From contig NC_043010.1 in assembly GCF_006345805.1 (NCBI RefSeq), positions 49,290,001 to 49,354,000 on the forward strand: a stretch of DNA of 64,000 nucleotides, given 5' to 3'. Below, in pieces: positions 1-11,579 of this stretch (position 1 is its first letter; each line of letters starts with the position of its first letter). A program made the position numbers and the translations under genes. The notes beneath the pieces are model-generated. The model ran no database searches. It had not been told where the DNA came from and saw only the letters and a list, made by a program, of their open reading frames with translations. The stretch is from Octopus sinensis. Taxonomy: Eukaryota.

Positions 1-113
1 TCGATTAAATAAGTACCAGTTACGCACTGGGGTCGATATAATCAGCTTAATCCATTTGTCTGTCCTTGTTTGTCCCCTCTGTGTGTTGCCCCTTGTGGGC
101 AGTAAAGAAATAA
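1..113 (+). mobile_element. SINE family B, 3' half (truncated by window edge)
   Basis: Matches the 3' half of the fuller copies at 39243-39483 and 60455-60682 (GGGGTCGAT...TTTGTCTGTCCTTGTTTGTCCCCTCT...AAAGAAATA tail). Confidence 0.85.
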
Positions 114-116
114 GAA

Positions 117-252
117 GTAAGCTAAAGTGTTAAAACTTAGTGCACAGCATGCAGAGCAGAGTTCAAGGTCAATCTGTGCCAAATAGCTTTGCTCTGTGTG
201 CTTAAGCCTCATAACTATGGCAACAGTTCAGGTACTTATTGATCAGACCACA
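117..252 (-). mobile_element. Old copy of mariner-like 5' end (TIR + 5' UTR)
   Basis: Diverged match to 43270-43410 and 46880-47021, ending in ...CTTATTGATCAGACCAC (mariner-type TIR). Confidence 0.7.
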
Positions 253-1234
253 TATGAGCAACTGATCTGTATTCATTGACTGTGTTTCCCCCATCATGGG
301 GCATTGGACTGAAGGTCCAAACTGACATACTTAGCGTTTTGTTCAGACCACATCTCTCCAGGTGGATAGGAACTGGAATTGAGTTATGAGCAGGATAGCC
401 AGTATCATCCACAAAGTATGTGTATACGTAGTTATGTATGAATGAATGTATATATGTTTGTATGTGTTTGTATGCTGATGTATGTATATGTGCATGTGTA
501 TTTATGTATGTTGGTATTGTGCTTAAGTATATCTATGTGTATGTATATATGTATGTATATATAAGCATACATTCTCTATTTGGTGCTCTTTCATTTATAG
601 TTATCTAAAAGTCCAACACTGTTTTCTCATCAATTTTGTATCATTCTGTCGGGTTTTTTTTTAAATGATAATCTCTTCTAATGTAAAGTATTTTATGATG
701 CCATCATGGCATTTAAGGAGCCACCATCATTATCACCACCACCACTACCACCACTAGACAAAATGTTTATTGGTATTTCATCCATCTTTATGTCATGAGT
801 TCAACTTCTGCCAAGATCACCTTTACCTTTCACCCTTTTAGGGTCAATGAAATAAGTACCACTTGAACACTGGGCTCGATGTAATTGATTAGTCCCCTCA
901 CCCCAGATTTCAGGCTTGTACTTACAGTAAAAAAGATTACAAGGTCATTCATATCTAAGAGGCATTATAGGAATATAAATCAACCCATTGACTGATTGGG
1001 ACATTATTTCATTGACTACAGAAGAATGAGGGACATAGCTGAAATCAGTTGGATTTGAACTCAGAATATAAAGGGTTGTAACATTAATATACTGCTAGAC
1101 ATGTTGTCCAATGTTCTAATAGTTCAGCCAATCGACAAAACAATGTCTTGAAAGAATAACTTGGTAGGACTCAAGGGAGATTAAGCTCTTTTCATTCTGA
1201 GCTCATATTTGACCATGGATCAAATTTACTTTTT

Positions 1235-1470
1235 TTAAACTCAAAAAAATTAAAAGAAATGGTTACAAAAGAAGGATTTTCTAACTATGTCATCACAAGG
1301 CACTGGAGTGGCTGTGTGGTAAGTGGCTTGCTTACCAACCACATGGTTCTGGATTCATTCCCACTGTGTGGCACCTTGGGCAAGTTCCTGCCTCAGGCCG
1401 ACCAAAGCCTTGTGGGTGGATTTGGTAGACAGAAACTGAAAGAAGCCCGTCATATATATGTATGTATATG

Positions 1471-1521
<51 letters not shown>

Positions 1522-1948
1522 GTGTATGTGTGTGTGTTTGTGTTTGTGTATATGTTTGTGTGTCTTTGAGTGGACAAACGTGGTGTGTTTATGTCCCCGT
1601 AACTTAGTGGTTTGGCAAAAGAGACTAATAGAATAAGTACTAGGCTTTCAAAAATAAGTCCTGGGGTCGATTTGCTTGACTAAAGGCGGTGCTCCAGCAT
1701 GGCCACAGTCAAATGACTGAAACAAGTAAAAAAGAGTAAAAGAGTAGAAGAGTATCCCATCATAGGTAGTAAATTAGTACCAGTAATATACTGAGCTTGA
1801 TTCAATAGACCTTTGAGCAGTCTAATGAGAGACAGTATTCTGCTTCCTCCTCTCCTGAAAATGTATAAATGTAAGGAATCATCTTGTGATGACAAAGTTA
1901 GAAAATCCTTATTTTGCAACCATTTCTTTTAATTTTTTTGAGTTGAAA
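1235..1948. mobile_element. Fold-back/MITE-like element with about 65-bp inverted arms, interrupted by a SINE
   Basis: 1235-1299 (AACTCAAAAAAATTAAAAGAAATGGTT...GTCATCACAAG) is the reverse complement of about 1884-1948. Confidence 0.65.
1305..1745 (+). mobile_element. SINE family A (tRNA-like head, internal (TA)/(TG) microsatellite, GAGTAAAA tail)
   Basis: A-box-like GTGGCTGTGTGGTAAG and B-box-like GGATTCATTCC head; body shared with at least 6 other copies in the window. Confidence 0.9.
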
Positions 1949-2389
1949 AAAAATTTTTTTTATCAAGCTGAAAACTGTGCTCCAGTTGGGGCTTTATGGT
2001 GATCATTAAAACTAACTGAAGAATTAAGCTAGAGCACTTTGACATTGTTTTGGACTGAATGATAGACAATGCTGCTGAAGATGTAAGTGAACTATAAATA
2101 TTTCATCACTGTTGTCATAGTTACAGTCATTCTCAACAACAACAACAACTACAACAAAAATGATGGTAGCATCTGTTAAGAACTTCTCTATCAATTAAAC
2201 ATTAATATTTTAACCGAAGAGAGAAACAGCAGAATTGGTAGTGTATCAACCAAATTGCCTTGTGGTATTTTGTTACGAAGCCATGTGTTCTTAATTCAAA
2301 TCCCAACGAGGTTGCCTTTGCTTTTCATTCTTCCAGGGGTCAATCAATGATAAAATATGTACCATTTAATATACTGGGGCCAACTTTAA

Positions 2390-2610
2390 CCCTTTCATTA
2401 CTGTATTTATTTTGAGATGCTCTGTGCTTCTTTCAATTACTTTATATATAACAAAGAATTTAGTAAAATAACTTAGTTATCATTCGGCTAGTATTAAGAA
2501 CATAAACTGTGACTAAGGTTTGGTGGAAGATTTTAGTTCAAAACTTTTGAAAACAAAACATTTGTACTACAGAGCCAGAGCCGGTTTCAGCCGGGTTGGC
2601 AACGAAAGGG
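2390..2610. mobile_element. piggyBac-like non-autonomous element
   Basis: TTAA|CCCTTTC ... GAAAGGG|TTAA: TTAA target duplication and CCC/GGG termini. Confidence 0.8.
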
Positions 2611-2876
2611 TTAATGACTGTAACCATCCTTGAAATAACATGTCCCAATGTTATGAATCAATATTTTGAGTTGTTGTTGTTGTTGTTGTTGTTGTTTGTG
2701 CCCATGTCAACTCCAATAAAGCACATCTATTATCAAAGGCATTCCATTTATGACAATCTAGTCTTTTTAGACACACGTATAAACCAACTTTTCTGCATGT
2801 ACTATCAATGATCATTTGGCATGATTTACTAAATAATCACTGAAAATACATACATACATGCATACATATATATGTA

Positions 2877-3268
2877 TACTCTTTTACTCTCTTTTACTTG
2901 TTTCAGTCATTTGACTGTGGCCTTGCTGGAGCACCACCTTTAGTCGAGCAAACCAGCCCCAGGACTTATTCTTTGTAAGCCTAGTATTTATTCTATCGGT
3001 CTCTTTTGCCAAACCACTAAGTTACGGGGACGTAAACACATCAGCATCGGTTGTCAAGCGATGTTGGGGGACAAACACAGACACACACATATATATACAT
3101 ATATACGACAGGCTTCTTTCAGTTTCCGTCTACCAAATCCACTCACAAGGCTTTGGTCAGCCCAAGGCTATAGTAGAAGACACTTGCCCAAGGTGCCACG
3201 CAGTGGGACTGAACCTGGAACCATGTGGTTGGTAAGCAAGCTACTTATCACACAGTCACTCTTACGCC
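2877..3268 (-). mobile_element. SINE family A
   Basis: Reverse-complement match to 1305-1745. Confidence 0.9.
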
Positions 3269-4050
3269 TATGTATCTGTGTATATATAATTACATGTGTG
3301 TCTTTATATTTATATCCACACCTTCCACACCACTTGATAACTAGTGTTGCTTTGTTTACACCCTTGTAAACAAGGTCCCAAGCAGTGGGTCTGAACTCAA
3401 AACCATGTAATAGCAGAGTAGGCTTCTTAACTACACAACCATGAGGGTTGACAACAAGAAGGGCATCTGGTTACAGAAAATTTCCCTCATGCCATTCCCC
3501 ACCTTGTTCAAGTTTTTTTTTTTTGTTATTGAAGAACAGTAAAGTGCAGTTTGAAGGAGATCTAACTGTTATTTCTAGCAAGCATGGGCAACCATACAAT
3601 TAATTTAATCGACCATGCATGCTTCTGTCCCATCAAACTATGCAAAAATCTCACCCTGAATCCAAGAGAGTTCTCTTAATTCCAAATGGAAATCTCCACT
3701 TAAAAATACCATACAGTTCTATGATTTCTAGGCTATTTACATTTCCTTGTGTTCCGTCAAACCTCTAGCTATGTCTGACATTGTGTTACCACGAGTTCCG
3801 TAGTTAGACTATTGCAACCAAATAAGAAGCAGTTCTGTGGTAGCTGATATCCTAGTCATGTCTTGTAATTTAAGATCACATCTGTATAGGTTTTCACTGA
3901 GATGGTTTAGTAGAGGTGGTGGTGGTGATGATGGTGATGGTGATGGTGATGGTGAGAGTGGTGAGTATGAAGATACCTGCCACTCTTTCCCTCTCTTCCT
4001 GCCTCTCTCTTTCTGGTTATTTTTTCTTTTCTGTTTCTCTCTTTTTCTTC

Positions 4051-4082
<32 letters not shown>

Positions 4083-4191
4083 TGTGTCTCATTTTTATTT
4101 CTCTTTCTCTATCATGACTACTAACTTTCTTTCCCTCAAGCATTGAATGTTTCTGGCTATTTATCATTCTATCTTTCTCTTCCTCCCTTCC

Positions 4192-4229
<38 letters not shown>

Positions 4230-4438
4230 TATGTGAAATAGAAAGATGAATAATCTTGTAGTAGATTAATCAAAAGTTTAACCGATACCTTAGTAGCAAA
4301 AATCACAGCAGTAAACAGCACGGTTGGAGGTACAACCATATGGTGTTGCAACCGTGCGTTGGTGCGGATAATTGAAATTAAAATATTATTGGTGAATTGA
4401 AGAAATGGAGCTGAACGCAGATTGAACAGAAATCGTTT

Positions 4439-4529
4439 TATTTCATTCTACACGTGTTTCGAAAGGCACAATTTCCCAATCCGATTGAATAATGGGACCA
4501 TATTGTGTCTTTCTCTTCAGGAAGAAAAT
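4439..4529 (-). ncRNA. Type I hammerhead ribozyme motif
   Basis: Minus strand: UUUCUUC-CUGAAGA-GAAAGACACAAU...AUUGUGCCUUUC-GAA-ACACGUGU-A/GAAUGAAA; predicted cleavage after GUA between 4449 and 4448. Confidence 0.85.
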
Positions 4530-4702
4530 AGGAAATCCGTTGGAAAAAACAAAAACAGAACAGAGGCGGAGCAAAAACAAATCGAATAGGCTCCTAAGAG
4601 CCCATGGTGAAACTCAGTTTCGCCATGGGCTCTTAGGAGCCTAGTTCGATTTGTTTTTGCTCCGCCTCTGTTCTGTTTTTGTTTTTTCCAACGGATTTCC
4701 TA

Positions 4703-4792
4703 TTTTCTTCCTGAAGAGAAAGACACAATATGGTCCCATTATTCAATCGGATTTGGGAAATTGTGCCTTTCGAAACACGTGTAGAATGAAAT
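4703..4792 (+). ncRNA. Type I hammerhead ribozyme motif
   Basis: CUGAAGA at 4711-4717, 12-bp helix II with one mismatch, GAAA at 4772-4775, palindromic helix III ACACGUGU, GUA triplet ending at 4783. Confidence 0.85.
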
Positions 4793-4879
4793 AAAACAAT
4801 TTCTGTTCAATCTGCGTTCAGCTCCATTTCTTCAATTCACCAATAATATATATATATATATATATATTTACATACATAC

Positions 4880-4911
<32 letters not shown>

Positions 4912-4912
4912 G

Positions 4913-5122
4913 CAGGGTGTCCCAGAAGTCGCGCACCATTCTGGTTTTCATTAAAAATTATTAAAGCAATTTATTTTATTATATATTTTCGGCATGTTTT
5001 ATTGTAGAGGGTGCTCAGTTTGAGAATTTGTTATGAATTAATTTCAATAACATGTTTTTGAAATCAGTAAGGGTGCATTCTTTTAAAAAACCACGCTGGT
5101 GCGCAACTTCTGGGACGACCTG
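4913..5122. mobile_element. Tc1/mariner-type MITE
   Basis: TIRs CAGGGTGTCCCAGAAGTCGCGCACCA / TGGTGCGCAACTTCTGGGACGACCTG in a TA-rich flank. Confidence 0.8.
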
Positions 5123-5124
5123 CA

Positions 5125-5135
5125 TATATATATAC

Positions 5136-5166
<31 letters not shown>

Positions 5167-5202
5167 GTATATATATATATGTATATATATGTATATATAT
5201 AT

Positions 5203-5276
<74 letters not shown>

Positions 5277-5307
5277 ATATATGTATATATATTATATATA
5301 TTATATA

Positions 5308-5380
<73 letters not shown>
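5125..5380. repeat. Long (TA)n microsatellite
   Basis: About 255 bp of imperfect (TA)n; source of several spurious Y/I ORFs. Confidence 0.95.
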
Positions 5381-5383
<3 letters not shown>

Positions 5384-5765
5384 GGTGCAGTGAATAAAAT
5401 ATTGTCTAAATTACACAAAAATGAAAATAACACCGACATCTTATTTTAACAGATATATTTACCAAAATTACATAAAAATATCTTGAAATACTAAAGAGTA
5501 AATTTATTAAATAAAATCACCACTGGCTTCAACCATGGCCTCCAGACGACTTCAGAATCTCCTGCAACTCTTCTGGATAGTCTCCTTGTTTAAGTTACTG
5601 AATGTTGCCATAATCCCTGCCTTCAGTTCATCTTTGGTGTTACAAGGAGTTTTGTTGGTTTCTTGCTCAACTGTGCACCACAAATAATAACCAAGGGGGT
5701 TACAACCTGGGGAGTTAGGTGGCCAGATGTTAGGAGCGATGTGGTCATAGAAATTGTCCCTGATG
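5381..5765 (-). pseudogene. Tc1/mariner transposase C-terminal remnant with right end
   Basis: Manual translation: ...IWPPNSPGCNPLGYYLWCTVEQETNKTPCNTKDELKAGIMATF...RRF*SRLEAMVEASGDFI* (WPPNSPD-like motif), ending at TA|CAGGGTG terminus. Confidence 0.85.
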
Positions 5766-6039
5766 AGATTGATATATTATTCCACATTATTCTTCCTCTC
5801 AAATTAATTTTAATGTATGGTGATATAAATGATTTAAATAACATCTTGTGCATTTGTCTCCATTTTCCATAACTCTTATGTTCTCCAAAACAAGTCTCAC
5901 TTCTCCTTGGAATTATTACCCATGCAATTTTGGGTACTAATTTCTTAGACACTTATGTGACATTTGGTTACCCTGGATCTTTCCTGTAAATTAAACATAT
6001 AAAGCGAACTTTGCAACTTTGCACCATTACAAATATAGT

Positions 6040-6207
6040 TGCTCTCCATGGCGTTAGAAAGGGCATCCAACTGTAGAAACCCTGCCAGATCAAGATTGGA
6101 GCCTGGTGCAGCCATCTGGTTCGCCAGTCCTCAGTCAAATCGTCCAACCCATGCTAGCATGGAAAGCGGACGTTAAACAATGATGATGATGATGATGGTG
6201 ATGATGA
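6040..6207 (+). mobile_element. SINE family C, 3' part with RTE-like (TGA)n tail
   Basis: ...CATGCTAGCATGGAAAGCGGACGTTAAACAA(TGA)n; shared with 14345-14600 and 17360-17770. Confidence 0.8.
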
Positions 6208-6572
6208 CTAATAGAATGACAATGCAAAAGAAAAGACATGTATGTGGAAATATGCAAATTAGTGTAAATGAATCGGAGTGGAAATACAGCCAAGTGGTTA
6301 TAGTCATTAAAAGAAATATTCACAATAAGAGGAAAAAAATTTATTTGAATTTTGATACAGAGCAGCCAAATATATTTATTCAACTCATTAAAGCATTGAA
6401 AAAAATGTCTGTGGTATTTGTTTCAGTTCAGTGTATTCTGGGTTCAAATGCCACTGAAGCCATTCATCTTTTCAGAGTCAATACAATAAAATACCAGCCC
6501 AGTGCTGAAGCTTATTTCTCTCTCTCTCTCTATCTGTCTGTCTGTCTCTGTCTCTCTCTCTCTGTCTCTCTC

Positions 6573-6629
<57 letters not shown>

Positions 6630-6837
6630 GAACTGGATGTATTCTGCCTTGTTATTTATTGTCTTTCATCCAGTCGAAACTTTAGATTAAAAAGGAGGGA
6701 TGAGCAAAAACCTAGCAAAATCTTGTGAGAAAAAAAAACAGGAGGAGGTGGAGAAACAGCAGCAGCAGCAAAAGGAGGCTAGCTATAGAAAATGTTCGAA
6801 AAAGAAGCCAATGTGAACCTTTGCCGCCAGGGTAACC

Positions 6838-7213
6838 ACTAATGAATTGATGTTTGGTGCAACATGGAGTGAAGGACTAATTATGTACAGAGACCCCACT
6901 TCGGTCATGAATGACCATGGGATTGCACCTAGAAAGTTACCCTCCAAGGGACAAGTCAAGGCAAGGTTCTTTATGGAAGACCAGCAGTCGCCCATGCATA
7001 CCAGCCTCCCCTCTACATGCTGCCAGTGTCATCCAAGGGAAAGGCAAAGGGGCCGATACAGCTTGGTACCTATGACGTTGCAACTCATTTCTACAGCTGA
7101 GTGAACTGGAGTGTCTTGCTCAAGAACACAACACGCAGCCCGGTCCGGGAATCGAACTTACAACCTCACAATCATAAGCTCGAAGCTCTAACCACTGAGC
7201 CATGCGCCTTCAC
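6838..7213 (-). mobile_element. SINE family E (tRNA-like head)
   Basis: Reverse complement of 24331-24662; head GGCGCATGGCTCAGTGGTTAGAGC...GTTCGATTCCC. Confidence 0.85.
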
Positions 7214-7249
7214 TACTAATGATGTATTGATATTGATATACAAGTGAAA

Positions 7250-7465
7250 TGTAGTGAGCTGGCAGAATCATTAGCATGCCAGGCAAAATGCTCAGCAGCA
7301 TTTTATCTGTCTTTATGTTCTGAGTTCAAATTCCACCAAGGTCAAATTTGCCTTTCATCCTTTTTTTTTATGTGATGTGGGGGTCAATAAAATAAGTATC
7401 AGCTGAGCACTGGGGTCAATTTAATTGATTTAACCCCTCCCCTCAAATTGCTGGCCTTGTACCAG
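7250..7465 (+). mobile_element. SINE family B-related, diverged (similar decayed copies near 780-940, 975-1135, 2225-2385, 10060-10250, 23680-23800, 41375-41560, 42685-42860, 43420-43660, 54830-55030)
   Basis: GAGCTGGCAGAA...TTCTGAGTTCAAATTCC...TTTGCCTTTCATCC core. Confidence 0.75.
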
Positions 7466-7731
7466 TTCTAGCATCATTCCTTCATAGTCAGCATATCAAC
7501 TTTTCAGCCCACCCTTGTAAAATAGTTTCCAGTTTTTTCAACTTGTTCAAACACTATAGCAAAAAAAGAAGTATATGAAGGCAAACTCTATTTTGTTTTC
7601 TCATTAATGAAAAGTTGAGGTGCCAAGAACTTTACACTAATATTTTTTTGGAGGTTGTTGGGTGCCTGGTTTTTATGAGCTTGAGTTCTTCTGCACTATC
7701 TCACAGACACAACATTGCTCTCTCTCTCTCA

Positions 7732-7762
<31 letters not shown>

Positions 7763-7771
7763 CTCTTTCTC

Positions 7772-7810
<39 letters not shown>

Positions 7811-7995
7811 ACATATATACATGTGTGAGTTTGTGTGTATTTTTGTGTGTGCACATGCATCTGTGTGTGTATATATGTATATATATATATATATATGTAT
7901 ATATACACACGTACGCGCACACACACACTCACACACACACTCACACACACATGCACGCTCACAAATGCACACACACACACATACACACAGACATG

Positions 7996-8558
7996 CAGGA
8001 AGTAAATAGACACCTTTAATATTCAAAATTTCTGATCTAAGCATTTTAATATGTTTTCAGCAGTGTAGAATTTACAATGTAATTATTCTTTTTCATTCCA
8101 GGTGCCATTATATTAAACACCTGGCGAAGAGTAACCAAGCCATGCACAAAAAATTCAGCAGAACTGTCAGATTTTCAAAGAGGTCACATTGTTGGGCAAT
8201 CTGAGGCTGGCCTTAGCCAGCAAAAAATTGCCAAAAATCTTCAAATTCCTCTTTCTTCTGTTAATAGAATTATAGTACAATTCAAAAGCCAAGGAAAAGA
8301 ATCAACAGATTCTTGTTCTGGCCGACCTGGGCCCTCAGAAAGGAAGCATCACTGTTTGAAGAGCATTGTGGAAAACGAACCCTGTTCGAATGCTTCTGAC
8401 ATTGCAAAACAGCTAGAAGTTAGTCCAAGAATGTGTGTTACATATCTGCATAAGCTTGAGTATTTATTATGAACAAGCAGCTAGAAGAAAATCTCTCCTT
8501 CAACCAATTAATATCAAATAAAAGACTCTGAAAATTAAAGGTGTCTATTTACTTCCTG
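7996..8558 (+). mobile_element. Internally deleted Tc1 element retaining transposase N-terminal HTH
   Basis: 25-bp TIRs CAGGAAGTAAATAGACACCTTTAAT at both ends; 8159-8470 translates [39 protein letters not shown]...SGRPGP.... Confidence 0.85.
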
Positions 8559-8579
8559 CGTGTCTGTATATATATATAT

Positions 8580-8612
<33 letters not shown>

Positions 8613-8687
8613 CTCTCTTTACTCTTTTACTTGTTTCAGTCATTTGAATGTGGCCATGCTGGAGCACTACCTTTAGTCAAGCAAATC

Positions 8688-8905
8688 TGTTTCTTTATTA
8701 CCCACAAGGGGCTAAACATAGAGGGGACAAACAAGGACAGACAAACGAATTAAGTCGATTACATCGATCCCAGTGCATAACTGGTACTTATTTAATCGAC
8801 CCCGAAAGGATGAAAGGCAAAGTCGACCTCGGCGGAATTTGAACTCAGAACGTAACGGCAGACGTAATACGGCTACGCATTTCGCCCGGCGTGTGAACGT
8901 TTCTG
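8688..8905 (-). mobile_element. SINE family B
   Basis: Reverse-complement match to 39243-39483; abuts a SINE A tail at 8610-8680. Confidence 0.9.
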
Positions 8906-9104
8906 CCAGGACTTATTCTTTGGAAGCACAGTACTTATTCTATCGCTCCCTTTTGCATGTTTTCTTTCTTTCTGGTTAATAGGAAGGAGTTGTGTGAACT
9001 GATTTGTATATGATTAGCATGTTAGATCACCACCAAAAATGTAATCAGTGCAAGTGAGGGTTAAATGTGGTGAGATTAGTTAGAGGGTTGGAATGGCTGA
9101 ATCA

Positions 9105-9390
9105 TTTAAACCTTTAGCATTCAAGTTATTTTGCTGTCAAGTGTAATGCTTATTTATTCACTCTGTTTTGAAGAAATTATGCATTTTCCCATTGCTTTAA
9201 GTTTTTGATGATGTGATTGTTTACAATGACGTTGTTGGAAAGGTGTGAGAGACTGAATCTAGCTGATTTGAACACAATAGAAATAGGATATTTGGACCAG
9301 ATCTGGCCAGTTTGAACATAAAACAGAATATTTCAGCCAAATCTGGCCAGTTTGAGTATAAAAAATGTAGAATATTTGGGCTAAATCTGA
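9105..9390 (+). mobile_element. piggyBac-like MITE remnant (related partial copy about 22555-22745)
   Basis: TTAAACCTTTAGCATT start; internal about 40-bp segment AATATTTGG..C..GATCTGGCCAGTTT repeated three times; partial second copy. Confidence 0.5.
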
Positions 9391-9639
9391 CTGTGTAGTT
9401 TTTATGTACATGCCAAATTAACCCTTAGCTAGGGCCCTGGAAAATGCTACTACTTTGGGTCTAAGCAGACCTGAGAATAACAGTGGCTAAGAGATGGTTC
9501 CACACTCTTCAAAACCCTGGAATTCCTGAACCAGGGCCCTACTACTAAATGATAGTTAGAGTCATGTTAATACAGACATACATATACATACATACATGCA
9601 TGTATGTATGCATACATACATACATACATACATACATAA

Positions 9640-10019
9640 GGGCACTCCGTTGCTTACGACGATGAGGGTTCCAGTTGATCCGATCGATGGAACAGCCTGC
9701 TTGTGAAATTAATGTGCAAGTGGCTGAGCACTCCACAGACACGTGTACCCTTAACGAAGTACTCGGGGATATTCAGCATGACACAGAGTGTGACAAGGCT
9801 GGCCCTTTGAATTACAGGTACAACAGAAAACAGGAAGAAAGAGTGAGAGAAAGTTGTCGTAAAAGAGTACAGCAGAGTTCGCCACCATCCCCTGCCGGAG
9901 CCTCGTGGAGCTTTAGGTGTTTTCGCTCAATAAACACTCACAACACCCAGTCTGGAAATCGAAACCACAATCCTATGACCAAGAGTCTACTGCCCTAACC
10001 ACTGGGCCATTGTGCATCC
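9640..10019 (-). mobile_element. SINE family D (tRNA-like head)
   Basis: Reverse complement of 63437-63815. Confidence 0.9.
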
Positions 10020-10839
10020 ACAGCATACATACATACATACATACATGCTAAAGGATCAAACAGAAAAAATTGCTTTGCAGTATTTGCTATGATTCTATAC
10101 TTTCTGAGTTCAAATCTCACAGAGGTCGACTTTACCTTTCATCCCTCCTGCATCAATATAATAAAGTACAAGCCAAATACTTGGGACAGTGGCATTATCT
10201 AATCCCTCTCCTCAAAATTGCTAACTTTGTGTCTGAATTAGAAACAGTTATTAGATGCTGTGCATCATGGTCAAGGCTGACCAGTTGAGTAATCTCTCTG
10301 AAGGCTGTTAACTACTTTGGCTATTAATTCCAGATACCACAAGTAAGTTACAATAAAATGTTGTCATGTAAAGACTTTAATTATGGACGAAACTTGCAGC
10401 ACAAACTTGACCTGCTGAGAGCTGAAAGTACACGAATATTGTTGAAATAGATGTGCTTTTAAACAGATTGATTCAACAGAGAATTTCTAAAAATACTCTT
10501 ATATGGTTATGTCAATATATATTGTAGGATATGGCTTTGTTATCACTTCTTTTTATTCATATTCATGTAATCTTAAGTTCAAGTGTCTGTTTCTTGTATC
10601 TTCTCTGTATATCAATGACAATTTGGTACATATTCTATGAAAATCAAAAAGAGTTTGATAATATTTGACAACGCTGCTTACACATGTATATTGACAAATA
10701 TGAATGAATTACTGAGGCAACTTGTTAAACCAATCTTATTTCATTTTATTTCTTGCTCACCATTTCTAAGAATTTGCTTTTACTGGCAAAAGAAAAAAAA
10801 AATCAACAAGAAAAAAGCAAGCAAATTACATACATGCAA

Positions 10840-10907
10840 ATATACATACATGCAAACCATACATACATACATACATAATACATACATACATATATACAAA
10901 CATACAT

Positions 10908-10980
<73 letters not shown>

Positions 10981-11060
10981 TACATACATACATAACATAC
11001 ATACATACATACATACATACATACTACATACATACATACATACATACATACATACATACA
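10840..11060. repeat. (TACA)n/(CA)n microsatellite
   Basis: Direct inspection; explains the HTYI/MYVC ORFs. Confidence 0.95.
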
Positions 11061-11579
11061 TGGTGATCGCTCCATCTTCACAGATAATTGCTGTCTCTTT
11101 GTGTTACCTCACTGTCAATAGCATTTCTGACTTTCCTTTCATGACCTTTCAGATAAACTGTTCAGACCTACTGCTTTGTAACTGTGCTTCCAAATGGTTA
11201 GGTCTGCACTTGTCACCACTCTTCTCACATCATAGGACTTTCAGTTGGTAGATGGAAAGATAATAATGATAAATGACGTCAACCTACAGAGATGTCTATA
11301 CATCACTGAATTATAGTAATAAATGCTTGTTCACCATGAATGACAGGCCAAAGTGAGATAACCAGTAACTACATGAAACTGCAGGTTTTACATCAGAGTG
11401 TCCCTCTCCAAGTAGGATGCTCTAACAATAGATAGGGGTCTCTCACTCCCGGTAGTTTTTATTTACATGCCAAATTAACCTTTAGCTAGGGCCCTGGAAA
11501 ATGCTACTACTTTGGGTCTAAGTAGACCTGAGAATAACAGTGGCTAAGTGGTGGTTCCACACTCTTCAAAACCCTGGAA

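Larger units (their letters stand above)
4229..4848 (-). mobile_element. HHR-bearing fold-back element (PLE pseudo-LTR-like) inside (TA)n
   Basis: 465-bp near-perfect palindrome 4384-4848 (loop about 4614-4616) plus a 155-bp unique tail 4229-4383; (TA)n on both sides; second copy at 44828-45349. Confidence 0.85.

Noticed and set aside
10334-10342. Possible 9-nt microexon (TTCCAG|ATACCACAA|GTAAGT)
   Set aside because: Weak pyrimidine tract and such matches are common by chance; it cannot be supported without RNA data.
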